DNA of 64,000 nucleotides from TPA_inf: Saccharomyces (lineage: Eukaryota): contig BK006948.2 in the NCBI GenBank assembly GCA_000146045.2, forward strand, positions 352,001-416,000. The letters run 5' to 3'. The position numbers were made by a program, and so were the translations under genes. Below the pieces are notes generated by a model. That model was not told where the DNA came from. It saw only the letters and a program-made list of their open reading frames with translations, and searched no databases. This document shows, in pieces, positions 62,459 to 64,000 of this stretch. Each line of letters opens with the position of its first letter. Within the stretch, counting starts at the first letter, position 1.

Positions 62459-63907
62459 CTAATCCTTTAACACTTTCTTAACTATTTTTTCGACTTCATC
62501 CCAATCATCCGTTGGAACACGAGTCATTTCTATATCACCGAAGTATTTCTGAATTGCAGATAAAATATTGAAAGAATTTTTGTCATGTACAAAGGAAATG
62601 GCAACACCTTTTCTGCCGAATCTACCGGTTCTACCGATTCTGTGAATGTAAGTAGCTGGATCTGCTTGTCCGTTAGCAAGCGTTGGAAGATCATAGTTGA
62701 CAACCATTGAGACAGTAGGAATATCAATACCACGGGCCAGGACATTAGTAGTAATCAAAACTTTGGATCTACCCTCTCTGAAGTCGTCTATTAATCTGTC
62801 TCTTTCTTGTGTCTGTAAATCACCATGCAAGATAGAAACTTCATGACCTTCACTTTTCAATTTCCCATATAAAACGTTTGCGGTTTTTTTGGTTGCAACA
62901 AAAATAATGGAAGATCCAATTGTCATTAAACCATATAGCTCAGTTAAAACATCAAACTTATCTGCTTCGTTTTTGCAGTCCATGTATAGTTGTTTGATGG
63001 CATCAACATTAACTTCATTTGTTTGTAATTCTAAAGTATTAGCATTTGGAACGATCTTCTTTGCGTACTGCCTAACTGCATCGGCAAAAGTAGCACTAAA
63101 CAAAACAAGTTGAGTATCCTTGGGTAAAAATCTCTTAACACGAATACACTGGTCACCTAGACCCTGCTGATCCAACATGTTATCGGCTTCATCCAAAACA
63201 AAAATTTTAATTTTCTGTAGCTGCATCAATTTTCTACGCATTAGGTCAAGAACAGTGCCCGGCGTACCAACAATCACTTGAGCATTAATTTGCTTGTTTT
63301 TCTCAAAAGAATCGGGAACAATTAACTGACTGGTTATTTTTGTGAACTTACCCATTTCCTGAACGACTTCTAGTGTTTGTCTGGCCAGTTCTCTGGAGGG
63401 GGCTAAGCAAATTGCCTGTGGAGATGCGTCTTCTGGGTTTACTCTTGTTAGCATCGTTAAAGAAAAGGCGGCAGTTTTACCTGTACCTGATTGAGACTGA
63501 GCAATCATGTTCCTAGGCGGATTATGTAATAATAATGGCAGCGCCCTTTCTTGAATTTTGGATGGTTTTTGAAATTTCATAGCATATATCCCCTTTAGTA
63601 GTTCTGGTGCTAATCCTAATTCATCAAAAGATTTAGCACTGTACAATGGAGAATTTGGGTCAGCCTGGATATCAGCAAGTTTGACCTTAACTTCATATTC
63701 TGAGCTGATTAAATTACTATCCTCCTGTTTTGTTTTTTTTTCCTCAACTTTTGGAACTAATTTTTCTGCAGGCTTGATCGAATCAGCAGTCTTTTCTGGT
63801 TGGGACTTAACAGTCTCTTTTGTTGAAACTTCACTTGTATCCTCTTTCTCATTATCAATCTTTAAAGAAGCTAGTAAATCGGCCGGATCTCTCTTTGTAT
63901 CACTCAT
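62459..63907 (-). CDS. DBP5: DEAD-box RNA helicase (mRNA export), 482 aa.
   Basis: The helicase motifs are AQSQSGTGKT (I), PSRELA (Ia), VLDEADNML (II), SAT (III), ARGIDIP (V) and HRIGRTGR (VI). Confidence 0.92.
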   Translation of the reverse strand: MSDTKRDPADLLASLKIDNEKEDTSEVSTKETVKSQPEKTADSIKPAEKLVPKVEEKKTKQEDSNLISSEYEVKVKLADIQADPNSPLYSAKSFDELGLAPELLKGIYAMKFQKPSKIQERALPLLLHNPPRNMIAQSQSGTGKTAAFSLTMLTRVNPEDASPQAICLAPSRELARQTLEVVQEMGKFTKITSQLIVPDSFEKNKQINAQVIVGTPGTVLDLMRRKLMQLQKIKIFVLDEADNMLDQQGLGDQCIRVKRFLPKDTQLVLFSATFADAVRQYAKKIVPNANTLELQTNEVNVDAIKQLYMDCKNEADKFDVLTELYGLMTIGSSIIFVATKKTANVLYGKLKSEGHEVSILHGDLQTQERDRLIDDFREGRSKVLITTNVLARGIDIPTVSMVVNYDLPTLANGQADPATYIHRIGRTGRFGRKGVAISFVHDKNSFNILSAIQKYFGDIEMTRVPTDDWDEVEKIVKKVLKD

Positions 63908-64000
63908 TCCGATCTAAGGTGGTAAGTATTTTTATAGATGTTCTTGGTTGCTGATCGAGTATTTTATGGTGTATAAAGGTCAACTGGTTTTAAAGGTAAT

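Noticed and set aside
1-64000. CRISPR arrays, prokaryotic operons, phage or integron features, or a novel defence system.
   Set aside because: The sequence is eukaryotic (yeast) with monocistronic genes, a Pol III tRNA gene and Ty LTRs. There are no direct-repeat or spacer arrays and no clustered same-strand short-gap gene cassette indicative of such systems.

Overview
This window is Saccharomyces cerevisiae nuclear DNA, a gene-dense stretch of the chromosome XV right arm. I placed it by recognising the translated ORFs and their order, not by any database search. The run goes from the 3' end of the ABC transporter AUS1, through RTS1, ERP4, PET127, ROD1, HSP10, HST3, BUB3, STI1, CIN5, DFG16, CRS5, HMS1, EXO1, AKR2, SHE4, PEP12, CYC2, HIR2, CKB2, GLO4, CUE5, WHI2 and TOM6, to DBP5. 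The supplied ORF track allows TTG and GTG starts and reports the longest in-frame extension, so I trimmed several 5' ends to the first ATG consistent with the protein family. The only RNA gene I can support is a 73-nt tRNA-Thr(AGU) on the minus strand. It has a near full-length Ty3 sigma LTR placed 15 nt upstream of its 5' end. Diverged Ty1/Ty2 delta LTR remnants and a (TA)16 microsatellite follow immediately beyond the sigma. I see no CRISPR array, no prokaryotic operon structure, no foreign insertion and no sign of a novel multi-gene system. This is ordinary, well-ordered yeast core genome. Two things deserve a second look. First, the CRS5 metallothionein reading frame is intact except for an in-frame TAA at codon 9 (GAA to TAA). 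Everything downstream still encodes the Cys-rich metallothionein, which is why the ORF track does not list it. Second, YOR012W and an overlapping +1-frame ORF join into one ~227-aa reading frame if one T is removed from a T9 homopolymer, so this looks like a frameshift-split gene. Smaller observations are an 18-bp tandem repeat inside PET127, HSEs upstream of HSP10 and STI1, an MCB upstream of EXO1, Yap and STRE motifs upstream of CIN5, a Rap1 or telomere-like G-rich motif at the HMS1 5' end, and a GC-rich triple-repeat structure in the ROD1-YOR019W intergenic region.
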